From: Guillardia theta CCMP2712
Lineage: Eukaryota > Protista > Cryptophyta
Assembly: GCF_000315625.1 (NCBI RefSeq)
Contig: NW_005434559.1
Span: forward strand, 1 to 51,061
Direction: 5' to 3'
DNA length: 51,061 bases
Made by a program: the position numbers and the translations under genes. The stretch's first letter is position 1. Each line of letters begins with the position of its first letter. Below the pieces are notes generated by a model. The model worked only from the letters and a program-made list of their open reading frames with translations. It had not been told where the DNA came from and made no database searches. Of this stretch, positions 37,651 through 50,800 are shown piece by piece.

Positions 37651-39316
37651 ATGAAGAGGACGCAGCTGGCTTGCAAGCCCTGCAAGGACATCAAAGCTAA
37701 GTGCGACAACTTCCAGCCTTGCACAAGGTCACTTCTGAGCATTCTTCTCTTCCCTTTGTGTCCTTCTCCCGGCAAAGAAGGAGGGGAGGGGGAGAAGGAG
37801 GAGGAGGGTTGCATCCTCGAACCTGACCGCTGTTTGTTGGTGTAGATGTCTACAGTCAAACTTAGCAGACCAATGCATCAGACTAAGAGTGGCAAGGGGG
37901 CCTAGGAAGAGGAGTTCCATCGCATGTGTGGCATGCAAGCGATCAAAGCTGAGGTGTGATGAGGAGAGGCCTTGCTCTCGCTGCAAACGGCTCGGCAGGG
38001 AACTGGACTGCATTGATGAGGAACTTCAGCTCATCCCTGCGCAGTTTGTTGAGCCGGATGATCACCAGTTGTGTGTGTATGAGATGCTTCCTGCCGACAG
38101 GTCGGATCATTTGCAAGGATTACAGGTGGAGCGTCCGCTGAACTTCAGAGTTCGGAGCCTTTCCTTTGAAGAGCCTTGCCATATGCGAGAGCGAATGAAC
38201 TCAATGGGATGGCCAGATCGCGTGCTATCACGGCACTTCGAATTCGGGCACAGCTCGAAAGATATGATGAACATCTTCGTCAGCCTGCCTCCTCAAGTGC
38301 AACACATCACGAGGCGAGCGTTGCAGGCATTGGAGGTTATCGTGGAAGATATGGCGGCGAAGAAGCAGGCGCAGGCTGTTGCAGAACATCTCCTGACAGA
38401 TAATTTGACGTGCTCAAAACAAGAGATCGAGCTGGAGAGCTCTTTCTATGAGCAGCAAAACTTCGGAGTAATGTCTCAGCATGTCTACCCGTGGACAGGG
38501 AAGCGGGCGCATGCGTACCTATCGTCCTCAGTTTGCAAGATGATGGGACTGCACGCAGAGGAGGCGCTGGCTAGGCTAGCGAACAGAGAGCTGCCGCTCC
38601 TGAGCACGGAGTTCAACTATTATTTCTACGTCATGTTTGGAACCTGGTCATTTGCCATGCATCCAGGCCGCCCGCTTGATTTGATGACCCCCATCTGCGT
38701 CCGCGGGGAGCATGGCGACAGCTGTATGATGGTGAGGGTAGTGCAGCAGCAAGAGTTTGACTGCCAAGGATCCCTGAAGGCCATCAAATCGTTCTTGATT
38801 CCGGTGAGACGGGGGAGAAGTTGCCGAGTTGGAGAAGTTGAGGGGAAAGGAGTTGTGATAGAGGAGTAGACATATGATAGGCAGAATAAGCCTGAGCTCT
38901 GACGCATGTCCTGACAGCTAAGTAGAGAAGAGTACGAGACTCGCGTGAAGGACCCCAATGATACGTTCGTGCGGCTGATGAAAGTCCTGAACCAGAACAG
39001 AAGCTACGACATGTGGCTCAAGGACTTCGAGGTTGATATGTATGCGGTGAGAGCACAAAGAGCACAGATGACTGAAGATCGCTGCTTTGCTGACTTGTCT
39101 TCTACCACAGGGAGAGACGATCCTGGGTTTGCAGAAGTCAAGACAGGGCGAAGAACGATTGCAAAGACTAGCAAAGGAGCTGGAGATCCTCTATCGTCCC
39201 TTCGTGGTCAAGGCCGAGCAAATATTGACTGCAAGAGAGATGAGCAAAAATCGGGGCCACGATCACTGAGTCTGTCTGAGGGTGACCGTCACTGCAGTGC
39301 GGCACGCTATCTGTGA
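37651..39316 (+). CDS. Transcription factor with two tandem Zn(II)2Cys6 binuclear clusters
   Basis: First cluster ACKPCKDIKAKCDNFQPCTR|CLQSNLADQC (split by an intron); second cluster ACVACKRSKLRCDEERPCSRCKRLGRELDC. The 3' end is uncertain. Confidence 0.85.
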
Positions 39317-40372
39317 TGCATGACAGGGAAACTGAGTTGGAGTAAATGGATGGAAGTTACACACAAGACGATAGGGAATCGTCTTCAGATGGTGACTGGA
39401 TTGTTCAAAAGCTGTACAGTCACCAGTGAGCTCAAGCTGTACAGTCACCAGTGAGCTCAAGAAAACATGCCTTCACGACGATGTCTGATAGGTTCGCAAG
39501 AAATACAGTGCATTTTAGCAGTGAGCTGCTCGATTGCTTGAAGCAACGATGATTCACAGCACTATCGAATGATGACAAGCAAGTCCAGTGGTTTGTGAAG
39601 GATTCTTCATCCGATTTTCAAGGATGTGTTTGAACGATGAAATATTTTGCAAATGGCCAAGGTCTATGCCATTTCATCAAATGATTCATCATGTAAATAT
39701 TACTGGTGTGAGCTTGTATCAGATTGTGTTCATCAATGAGCCGCTGCCAAGCAGATAATACGGTCACAGCAAACATGAGCACTTTGAAGATGCTGATATT
39801 CCAGGCCGTAGAGCATTTATGATGTGGCCACATGTCATATGCTTCCTGGTTAACATAGATACACCTTCGCCAGGCAAAAGATGGAACGTCGTCAGGATTA
39901 CAAGGAGGTCAGTTGTGCTTTTACCCAGATTGAAACGCTTGTAATAAAGATATGATCACCTGAATGTGGGATTCTGTTTATTGATTCACAGTGCTTGTGA
40001 TTCGTTTACAATCATCGAGTGCTTGCTATGTTCAACAAGGCACTCCTCTGTAGAGCCACATGAGACAAGAACTCTATGGTTGCACGGTAGCATTGCGAAC
40101 TGTCAAAACAAAGCAGGATTGATTCGAAGAACATCTCATTTATTGATACTCACTCTACAGTCATGTATGCGGGCAGGTAAAGTCACTCCTTTGTGCAAAT
40201 GTCTCTTCATGCATAGTTGAACGGTTGAGTACAAAGCCTTGCCTCTATAGAAAAGTGAAGTGCATGAATCCTGACCGTAAGACTAGCAGAATTGAAAGTG
40301 AGTGATGACATGAAAACACATTTCTTGACAGAAAAGTCGCTTCAGGTACAGCTGGATACAAATTTCTCACAA

Positions 40373-40743
40373 ATCATGCATTTGAGCGCAACGTGCAACC
40401 TACGTTAATGTGAAAGAAGGGTCAATCAGAGTTGATTCTGTTCAATGGTGTATCCATCATTAGTTGCTTACCTCTTCATGAAAATTTCATCTTGTCTTCG
40501 AAGAATATTTGCAAGTACACTCCCGGATTGTTTGAACCAAGGGTGCATATTCCAGTACACGATGGATGATTCAAACATTACCTGCCATATGAACGCCGAG
40601 CTGGAGTAGCAGAGGCTTCTTCCCGGATAATAATGATATATATCTGATGTCTTGTCCTCTATCCCGTCCTCGGATATGAGGTTGATCGTGGTCTTGGTGG
40701 CGCTGCGGTCGTCTGCGAACCAGTCTACGAAGATCTGTAACAT
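40373..40743 (-). other. Exon/intron segment of an unknown gene or dispersed repeat, paralogous to 1-204
   Basis: A 91-aa ORF ending at a GTAAG donor, about 90% identical over 204 bp to the window start. Confidence 0.5.
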
Positions 40744-42584
40744 GGTTCGTTTGTTCTGTGTCTTTCGCCTTGTGCGCGGTCGTCACCCGCTTATGAAGGT
40801 CCTTGATATAAGTGGGATTCCGCTGCGGTTGTATCAGACATGTGGGCTGGGTATGAGGCATTGCACCCGGGCGGGTCGGAGCCCTTTTTTACGTGGGAGG
40901 CTTTCCTGGTACGTGTAGGTGTGATGCCTTACGCCCTCTTATCCCTTTCTCTTTTCCCACTGACACCCTCACAGTTGTGGGACAAGTCGTTGTCAGCGTT
41001 GAAGAACCTCAGGAGCGGCAGAGACACGATCGAGCAGGCGCAGGCGAAGGCGTCTGCCTCGGAGGAGGTGAAAGAGAAAGTCCAGCTGGACCTCACGAGA
41101 GAGTCGGAGGCAGATGCAGCACTCGTACCAGTCTTGATCGCCCGGATGCTCCTTCTGTCGGTGATGTCGGGTTCGGTGCTCCGTCTCGTGGTGCGGTGGT
41201 TGGGGTTGGACGTCGAGGGCTCACCTAGTGGCTGTCGCGTGTTGTCGGCTCGTTGGACCTGCTTGTGATCCACGTGTTGATGTGCAACGCTATCGCCTTC
41301 CCCTGCATGTACGTAGGCTCTACCCGACTCACCGTCTTTGTTAGCATCGGGCTGTATAGGGTTGTGCGGAACTGGGTCTTGGGGATGTCTGTTGTTGTTG
41401 CAATCGGTGTGGCCCTGACTTTCATTGCCGCTGGAGAGGCGTCCGTATCGGGCATACCCGTCGTGTCCAGAGGGGAGAGCGAAAGTGAAGAGCGGCATGT
41501 ATGTCTCTTTCCCTGTGAGCTCGAGGTGTTTGTGGGCTTACCCGCTCGACGAGCAGCCTGACGCTGTCGGAGGCCTGCGAGCCAGGCAATGAGAAGATGA
41601 AGTCAGGCCTGCATAGGCTGAAGCAGTGGATCCTCGATGTTGAGATCGGTAGGGGCAGGAATAAGGTCGGGGATGGTTTATTGTTCTAAGATTCAACCGC
41701 CCCTCAAGCCATAACCTCGGTCTGTTGCGGCCGCATGGGTGGATGGTTGAGCCCTATGGCGCCCTTGCCCCATAGGTAGCGAACCTCCATCATGTACTGC
41801 AGGGCGCGGATGACGTAGACGCCGACGGTGTTGGAGGAGGGAGAGGAGAGGAGGAAGAGGAGGGAGAGGAGAGGAGCGGAGGGAGAGGAGAGATGAGGTG
41901 AGGTAAAGTGATGTGAGGTGTAAAGTGAGACTGAAAAATAAAGCTTAGCGTGAAAGACAGGTTACAGAAACCACACAATTGCAAAGGACAAGAAAGGACA
42001 AGAAAGCTCCGACAAGACACGATCAGACTGAAGGAGAGACCAGAAAAGGGAAAGGGACAACCGTTGTCTTGCAAAGCGATCGACGAGCTGTTTTCAATGC
42101 CGAAAGAGAGATGCCCTGACAATCGAATTAGAACGAGGAGGGTTTGCAGGATGAAGACAAAGTGGCATGATCGCTCGAGAAGCTGCTGGGGCAGGCGCAG
42201 ACTTGCGCAGAGACAGGCGCAGGGGCACTGCAGCAGCGGCAGTGGGAGCAGCTGCAGCTGCAGCCGGTCTTAGTGCGTGGTTCCGTTCCGAAGGATATGG
42301 GCAGGAGAGACAGAGGAAAACCCCATGAGGTCGAAAGCGCCCTCCCCCCCTCACCAGCTCTCTTGCCGCTTCAGTTGACGCAGATGAAACAAACTCCAGA
42401 TCTTGGCCTGGCGTCAGTGAGGGCCAGGGCCTCGTTGCTCGACGGGGCATGGCCACGAGGATAAGCCCATGCTGGCTTAGGTTTGGTTGCAGATAACAGA
42501 GATTTGCTTCAGGGTGGGTCGTCAGTCCGTCAAGAGTTCAGACTGTGGTTCAGATTTTCAGTGTCAGTTACCCGGACCCAATCG

Positions 42585-42680
42585 TTTGACACTTGAAGTT
42601 TGACAGACTCGAAGTTTGACAGACTTGAAGTTTGACAGACTTGAAGTTTGACAGACTTGAAGTGTCACGGACTTGAAGTC
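42585..42680. repeat. 16-bp tandem repeat GAAGTTTGACAGACTT, ~6 copies
   Basis: Directly visible. Confidence 0.9.
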
Positions 42681-42921
42681 TGCTCCATGCCGGAGGTAGA
42701 GTTGTCCCCCTGCTCTCACTTCCTGACGTGAATTCTGAAAGAGATGAAGCAAAGGTCTCGTGAAATCATCGTTGATGTATCAAGCCTTTGCAAGGTTTTG
42801 CACACTGGTTCGGATGAAATCAAGGCGAACGTTTGCTTGCAACGTCACAGACTCTTGTAGGAAGAAAGTTTCTTTATGGAAGAAAGTTTCTTTATGGATC
42901 AAGTCTATCCCGACAACCACA

Positions 42922-43433
42922 TCAATGATGAATACTCTCTTGCGCTACGTAAAGAGCTACACATATTACCGACATGAGAATCCAGCTGGAAAGGGATCTT
43001 GGAGCAGCGCTATATACATAACCTCCCTCTTTGGCAGCTGTCTCTGATGTAGCGCATCCTTGATACCTACCGTACGTGTTGAAGTTCGATGGCTCACACA
43101 TTCGGAGTCCATCAGAAGGAAGTCTGTAGTCGAGGTTGGTCCCAACAGGAGTTCCCGTGCAAGCATCGGACGTGTAGGATTGCCAAGTAAACTTTGATGT
43201 GTTGGTGTCACAAGACATTTTGAGATGGTATGTCACATCGCTGCCGGCGCTATCCTTGGTCTTGTAGGGATAGCAATTCCCAGAGGTCTTGGAGGATCCG
43301 ATGATCTGTGCGAAGGTTTGGTCATGCACGTAACGCTTCTCAGACACACCAAGGCAGGATATGTCATTCTCTGCATACTCGAGGTACTTGTAGTACACCT
43401 CCTGTGCTCCCACCGGAGCAAGGAAGCAGAGGA
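42922..43433 (-). CDS. Small secreted/surface Cys-rich protein with a C-terminal hydrophobic tail (first exon not resolved)
   Basis: End of a signal-like peptide (LCFLAPVGAQE), six Cys in the mature part, and the tail SWILMSVICVALYVA. Confidence 0.6.
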
Positions 43434-45354
43434 CTTGTTGTCGGGGTGGCAAGCAGGGGGTAGACGCTTGTGACAGATGACAGGGGCGAGACAAGGATCT
43501 TGCGGTGGGAGCACCCTATGAGGTAGCGAGCCCCTTGTTAACTTTCGAAGGGGTGGGTGCTGAGGAGGCTAGGACCAGGCACAGCTTGTGGTCGTAGGGC
43601 GGGTCATAGGCAGTCTGTAGGGGGGCTGCTGAAAAACTTGAGTCTTTTCTTAAATCATATTGTTTCCGTGCCAGTGGTCACCGGGTTGCGGCTTGCCTGC
43701 CGCGGTCACGGCTGCGGCGGGGGCCGGGCAGTGCCACGCCGTGTCAGTGGGTCGCCGGGCCGCTTCCGAGTTCGGAAGTTCAGCTCACTGTCAGTCGGAC
43801 GCCGCAGTGAATGGCATGTCGGCCGCGGGCCGCGTGACAGAAGTTATGGGACGTGCCAGGCTTGTCGCCGCTTCTTTTTCTCAGGTGCTGAGAGTACGGT
43901 CGGCGAGTCGGATGCCAGCCTGCCAGGCTGGCAGGCCCTTGGCGGCCTACCGTACGGTCACTGTACTACTACTGGCAGCCTGAGCCCGGGCCGCCCGGCT
44001 CGCGACCCCTTCCGAACTGAAGTTTCCCCTGGCCCTCAGCACGGCTCCGGCTTGAATCACGGTGATCCGACACGCAGCGGCGCTCCGGGGACCGTCCGAC
44101 TCCTGGCCGGCCCCCGGGGGTAGCTTGCCCTCAGGCCGTCTGAGGGTGCCAGTACCGGCGCGGCTAATGATTCCAGAGCGCCCCCGCCTGCGGCACTGTG
44201 ACCGTGACGGTGGCACCCGGCCCAGTGCAGCTCACTGCCAGGGTTCAACGGCCGGCGGCGCCGCCCCCGCCGCCGGGCGGCCCGGCGGCGGCGTGCCGCG
44301 CAGTGCCGGGCCCCCCGGCCGGGCGGCCGGGCCGGCCGGGCCTTAGTTCTAAGCCATGATGACTGCTAATCCGCGCGGCCCGGTTCGGGTCGGCAGTTGA
44401 GTTCTCTTGGCTTTCTTTTTACTCAGCGAAGAGGGAGCAAGACCAGGGAAGATCAGGGGATACCGAATATTTCTTATCAGTACACCTATAAAATATCTTA
44501 CCTGTCCTATATAAGATTGTTACCCCGTTCTCGTGCTCCTTCGGGAATTGGGCCAGGGATGGAGTTGGGGCAGCATGTGCAGAAGGCGGAGAGGGGGGGT
44601 GGGAAATGAGTGTGTAGGGGTGGGGAGGAGGACATATAGGGATAGAGCCATAGGGGGTAGTGTTGTTCATAGTAGGGGTCCATTGTAAAAAATCTCAAAT
44701 GGAGGGGTGGAGTGATCGGGTGGGGTAGGGAGTGTGGCGGTGGGTATGATGTAAGAATGAGGTAGGGGGTAGGGGTGGTAAAATAAAGCTCCTTGCGGTC
44801 GCATGTCGGGTGGAAGGAACACATGGATGCGACGGAGGAAGGGAGGCGAAAGCGGCAGGCCATGCAGGAGAAGAACACTTGCTAGATCATGCCGGTTTAA
44901 GCTCTGACTGTACGCCAATCTTGCAAGAATGAGAGGAGAGAAAGATATGGATTGTTGTACTCTTGTCATGAAAAGGCCTCAAAAACGCACCTGTGAGGTG
45001 TGAGGGAGGTTATTGTGAGCATAGCAGACCAGAACATGTTGTCTATCAATGTCACAGGTTGACGATCATATCTACAGAATCGATCGCAAATGTTGATGTC
45101 AAGCTCATAGATATAAAGACCCTTTTTTCCTTGAGCCATGCTCAGTTGTGCTGAAAGCGTGTAGGCCAGAAGCGACAAGTGGATTTATCCCTGCATGATT
45201 TTGGTTCGGTTGTACAGTAGATGATCAGCTTTGCATAGAGATACAGTACACTCAGTGTTATTGAGATTCATGAGGCTAGGAAAGGGGGGCGAGGGGAAGA
45301 ACGTTGAAACAACGATACATCCGCTGATGGCGACGTTGACAGGCCTTAGCAACC

Positions 45355-47337
45355 ATGAGCGAATTTCCCAATGCGGAGAAGATCAAAGCAGACGAGATCG
45401 CAGCTGTACATCGACACGAAATCAAGAAGACGATCGATGAGCTAGCAAAGGTGATGCGACTTCTCCTCTGCTCTTCCTGTGAACAGCTTGTAACCTCTTT
45501 TTCTATCAGAAAGGGGTCACTCCCCTCCTGGTTGGCTTTCTAGCCAATGGAGACGTTGCTGCCAAGAAGTACGCAGAGGTGACTTGCATGGCGCATGTGC
45601 ATGGCGCATGCGACGGCAGGACGTGACGTTGGAGTGCAGTGGACCATGAAAGCTTGCGAAGCCGATGGGATCCGGTTTGAGGTGCGGGAGGTGGACAAGA
45701 TGGAGCTCGAGGAAGCGCTGATGGCTGCCAACCGCGACGACTCGATTCACGGCATCATGATCTACTACCCCTGCTTCGGCAACGCCCCCAGCTTCTACGG
45801 AGGCAACATGGACGACTACCTGCGCGACACGGTGCCGGTGGAAAAGGATGTCGAGGGCCTCTGCTACACTTACCGCCATAACCTTTACCACAACATCCGC
45901 TACATCGACACTCAGGTGAAGATCACAAGCGTTGATGGCCGTTGACATGCCGATGTGAACCCGTTCAGGTCTCACACTACAAGGGAGGGATCAACACTCC
46001 CACTGGAACTAAAGGAGAGAAGAAATGTCTCCTGCCATGCACTCCCCTTGCCATCATTAAGATTCTCGAATACCTCAAAGTCTACGATGAGAACCTTCCT
46101 GTTGGAAATCGCATGCATGGAAAGAACGTCGTTGTCATCAACAGGAGGTACCGCGCCTTCCCTCCCTCTCCTTCTCTCCTCTCTCCTTTCTGCTGCCTGC
46201 CCTGCTGGCTTGCTGGCTGCTGTTGCTAACAGACGATGCGCAGTGAGATTGTTGGACGCCCTCTTGCTGCCCTGTGAGGCTCGAGAATAGGAATGGGGGA
46301 TGTCTTACTCGTTGTGACAGGCTTGCGAACGATGGAGCAGATGTTTACAGCATCGACCTGAACGGGGTGTATCTGATGTAAGCAAATCTCTCTCGTTGCT
46401 GTATCCTAGATGCCTTCTTCTTTCACATCGTCCTCATCGTTTTCCTCCTCATCATTATCTCCTGTCATGATGATCGTAAATCATCGTCATTGACATTGTC
46501 TTCGTGTTTGAGTGTTCCACTGCTCTAGTTTCTTGCATTGATTTCTGTTTCTCAGGCGACGCGGGAAAATGCTGGAGGTTGCGGAAACCCAGGAAGAACT
46601 ATGCAAGAAGTCAAGAATTATCGTGAGACCTGAGCTTGCACTCCTCTCCCTCTCCTCCGTCCCCCTCACTGTCCCCCCCTCCGTCCCCCCCCTTCCTTCC
46701 TCTTCCTCCTTCTCCTCCTCCTCTCCTAACCTTGAGCTCTCGCAGGTCACTGGTGTCCCCACCAAGGATTACAGGCTGCCAACCGAGTGGGTCCAGCCTG
46801 GCACTGTGGTACAGGAGCTCCAGCTCAGCTTCTGCTGGGGTTAACACAGCCGCAGGTGATTAACGTCTCTCACTTCAAGAACGTCGACGAGGACGCGCTC
46901 ATGCAGGTCCCTGGTGTCAAGTACGTCCCCCTTGTCGGCAAGGTCTGTGCTCGCACCTCCCCCTCCTCTTTCGTTCCTCCTCCCTCCCTTCCTCCCCTCC
47001 TTGTCCCCCTCCCTTTCCTTCCTCCCTCCCTTCCTCCACCTCTCTCCCTCCCCCCTCCCCTCCATCTCTCCCTCCCTGCCTATTCTCCCCTGAAACTTTC
47101 CCTTCTCATCCTCCTCGTTTGCCTCTTTGCCGATTCACATCCTCTGCTCTGCTACCCGTTCTTTCTTCCTCTCGTCTCGTCTCCTCTGTCCACCCTCCCT
47201 CCGCACTTTCCTCGCACTTTTCGTTCCTGTCTCTCCCTCCTCCTTCTCTCCCTCTGTGACGCGCGCGCCAGGTCACTGTCGCCATGCTCGAGCGAAATTT
47301 GCTCAGGTTGATCCAGAACTTCCATCTCAAGGAATAG
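45355..47337 (+). CDS. MTD1: NAD-dependent methylenetetrahydrofolate dehydrogenase (yeast Mtd1-type), multi-exon
   Basis: Motifs PLLVGFLANGDVAAKKYAE|WT..AC, IHGIMIYYP, KDVEGLC...NLYHNIRY, LPCTPLAIIKILEYL, VINR|SEIVGRPLAAL|LANDGA and VGK|VTVAMLERNLLRL. Confidence 0.92.
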
Positions 47338-47409
47338 AAAGCAAGAGAGAGGCGGAGACAGCGCAAGGAGGGAGGAGGAGGAGGAGGAGGAGGAAGGGAG
47401 GAGGAGGAG

Positions 47410-47787
47410 TAAGATGTTGCCTCCAACGGGCGGAACTTGACCATCGTGATAAAGGATGAAGAGAATTTATAATGCTTGCAAGCGCGAAGAGACTCCTTCT
47501 CTGAGCCCGAGGAACCCACGGGCATACGGCAGGAAGAGGAGGGAGAGGAGAGGGAGGAGAGAGGAGGGAGGAGGGAGGAAACTCCAAAGAGACAGGTCAA
47601 ACACTTTGAGTTTGTCAGTCAGCTTGAGCGAGGAAGGGACGAAGGTCTTGCTGCTTGCCGCGTACGAGGATCTCAAGAACCTGACTCCACCCTCGCACAC
47701 TCCGATCATCCTTGATAAGCGCACTGAAGCCTTTGATGATGGTGCTGGATATCCGCTCCCTGATCAGCAGCCTATCGTCAGGTACTT

Positions 47788-47825
<38 letters not shown>

Positions 47826-50800
47826 CCTGCTCCACCACCACTTCTTCCCCTTCCTGCTCCTCCTGTTCGTGCTGCTCTGTTTCCTCCTGTTTCAATCTCC
47901 CTCCTATTCCTCCTCTGCTTGCTTCTCCTCCTTCTCCTCCTCCTTCCTTTCCCATCTCACTTTCCCCTTCTGCATTCCCCTTCCTCCTCCTCCTCCCCTC
48001 CTCACCTCAACGCCGCATCTTTTCCCAGTTTGACTGCAATGCGAATGAAATCCTCCAGGTCGCTTGCGATGAGCTCTGAAGAGAAATGAGAGGACGAGAG
48101 GGCAGGGGGAGGGAGGAGATTGAGATGTAGTATAGAAAGGCAAGGGAGGAAGAGCAGGAGGAGAAAAGGATTGAGAGGAGGTTGATGCAGAGAGAACAAG
48201 CACAGGGGGCAGGGGCAAGGGAAGGGGCAGGGGCTGGATGAGGAGGAGGAAGAGGAGAACAGGAGGCTGAAGGAGGGGGAGGCTGGAGGAGAGGGACGAG
48301 GAGGAGGAGGAAGAAGAGGGGGATGGAGGCGGCTGGGGGAGGCGGCTGGAGGAACAACCTTGGAGTCCAAGAAAGGCGAGGAAGCCTTGTGTGCATCGTC
48401 CCGACATGAAGTCCGTGGGAAGAGTCACGATGGGACGCCTGCAGGAAGTCAGAGAGAGACGAGAGGGCGAGGGACATGGCAGGAGGAGAAATCACCCGAC
48501 TGCGAGGGCCTCCATGGAGGTAGTGTGCCCTCCGAAGGGATAAGAGTCGAGGATGACGTCTACAATAGCGAACATGTCCGAATAATCCGCGTCATGCATA
48601 GCCTGCTCCCTGTCAGCCCCCTCCCTCGTGGCCAACAGCTCATCGTCCTCGTTCTCCCCTTCCCCCTCCTCCTTCTTTCCGTCTCCCTCCTTGTCTTCGT
48701 CCTCTTCCTCGTCCTCTTACTCTCCCTCTTCCTTCTTTGTCCATATATTCTCATCCATCTCCCCCTCATTCTTCCTTGTCAATCTTGCCTTCTTGTCCGT
48801 CTTCTCCTCCTCTTCAATCTCCCTCCGCTCTTCTCTCCTCTTCCTCTCCTCCTCTTCAATCTCCCTCCTCTCTTCTCTCCTCCTCTCGCACCGGCAGAAA
48901 CTTGATCCTCGCCATCTCATCCTCCGTCAGTTTGCTCTTGTTTCTCATTCTCTCCAGCACCTGCTTCCCGCACTGTCGACGCGGAGTGAGGAAGCGAACA
49001 ACCAGACAAGGAGGGGGAGGAGAGGGAGGAGGATCTGTAGGAGGGGGAGACAAGAAGAGCCGAGGGTGGGGAGGAAGCGAAGGGGACGGAAAGGGAATTC
49101 GGAAAGGAGGACAGGCAAGCACAGAGGAGGAACGAGAGAAACAAAAGGAGAAGGAGGAGAAGGAGAAAGAGCAAGAGAAGGAGCAACGAAGAGCAAGAAG
49201 AGCGACGAAGAGGGAGCAGGAGGAGCAAGGCGGAGGAGGAAGGCGGAGGAGGAAGGAGGAGGAGGAAGGAAAGGAAGCGGGGAGGGAGGGGGCAAGGGAC
49301 CTGGTCAGTCATCGGGAGCTCCTTGAACATGATGATGCTGTTGGGATCCTCGTTCAAGATCCTCTTTGCCACGAAATCCATCTTGGGGCTGGAGGATACG
49401 ATGAGAGAGGAAGAGAGGGGAGAGGAGAAGGGGGGGACAGGAGTGGAGGGAGGAGAAGGGGAGGGGAGGGGAGGAGAGGAGGGAGGAGAAGGAGGGAGCA
49501 GAGAGGGGGGCGAGTCAGAAAGCAAGAGGAAGAGAGAAGGGAGAAGAGGGAGAGGGTGGAAAAAACAGGAAAGGAAGAGCGATAAAGCAAGGAGGAGGCG
49601 CGGGAGGAGGAGGAAGAGAGTCAGTTGGCAGCACCTGACTTTGAAGATCGTTTGTAGGCATGCGTAGACTGTAGCGCGAGGAGGTATGTTGTAGCGCGAA
49701 CGGAACTGAAGCCTCCCGTCCTCCTTCGCGGAGTCAACGGACGCAACACGATCATGAAACAGAGGGAGATCAAGAAGTGTGTTGAAGATGAAGATGCGGA
49801 GGAGGAAGAGGAAGAGGAGGAGGAGGGAGGGGGGGGTGGGGTGGGAGGAGGAGGATCAGGGGACGAGGACGACGAGGATGAATGAAGTTCAGCAGGAGCA
49901 GCAGGAGCAGCAGGGAGTACGGTCTTCATGGCCGGAGACACGTTGAATGGAAATTCCTCGTAGAAGCGCGTGAGAGGCGTGAAACCGTCGAGGACGATTA
50001 GCCTACGACATCTCAGAGGGGAGGGGAGACGGGAAAGAGCAGAGGAGGAGGAGGCAGTGAGGAGGGAAGGAGAGCAGAAGAGGAGGAGGAAGGGAGGGAG
50101 GAAGGGAAGGGGTAGAAGGAGAGGAGAGAAGGACAGCAGTAGAGAGGGAGAGGAGAGGTTATAACTACGATCTTACTTCTCTGAATAGTGCGTTTGAGCC
50201 TGTGGCTCTGAAAACCCCTGGGAGGAGAAAGCAAACATGAGCGAAGATTGAGAAAGAGGACAAAACAAAACGAAGCAGAGGGAGAGGGGGGGGGGGGGGG
50301 AAGGACGAAAAGCAGAACGAGCAGGAGGAGCGTAACAAGGAGACAAAGAGGAGGAGAAAGACGAAGAGGAGGAGGGCGGGAAGGAGGAGGAAGAGAAGGA
50401 GGAGGTAGAGGAAGAGGAGGACCTGGTAGGAGACATAATAGTCTATCGAGTCTACCCCCGTAGTAGAGGCATGACCATGCATGGCAAGCTGAAGAGACGA
50501 TGAGTTCAGATCCGTCTCCCCCTCCTCATCCTCTTCTACCTCCTCCTCCTCCTCCTCCTCCTCCTCGCCTAACTCCTCCTCCTCCTCCTCCTCGCCTAAC
50601 TCCTCCTCCTCCTCCTCCTCCTAGTCCACGTCTTCCTGGTCCCCGTCCGCTCTTTCACAACCTCTGACTCATCGTCATTCCTGTCTTCCTGTCTCCTTTT
50701 CTTCGTCGTCTGCTCCCTATCTCACGCATCTTTCTCGTCCTCGTCCTTCTCGCTTCTCCTCACGTCTTTCTCACCTGTACAGGGGCCTGGCGGCCGAAGG

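Noticed and set aside
40840-41600. Membrane protein gene on the plus strand
   Set aside because: There are protein-like hydrophobic ORF pieces, but strand, splicing and start could not be resolved.
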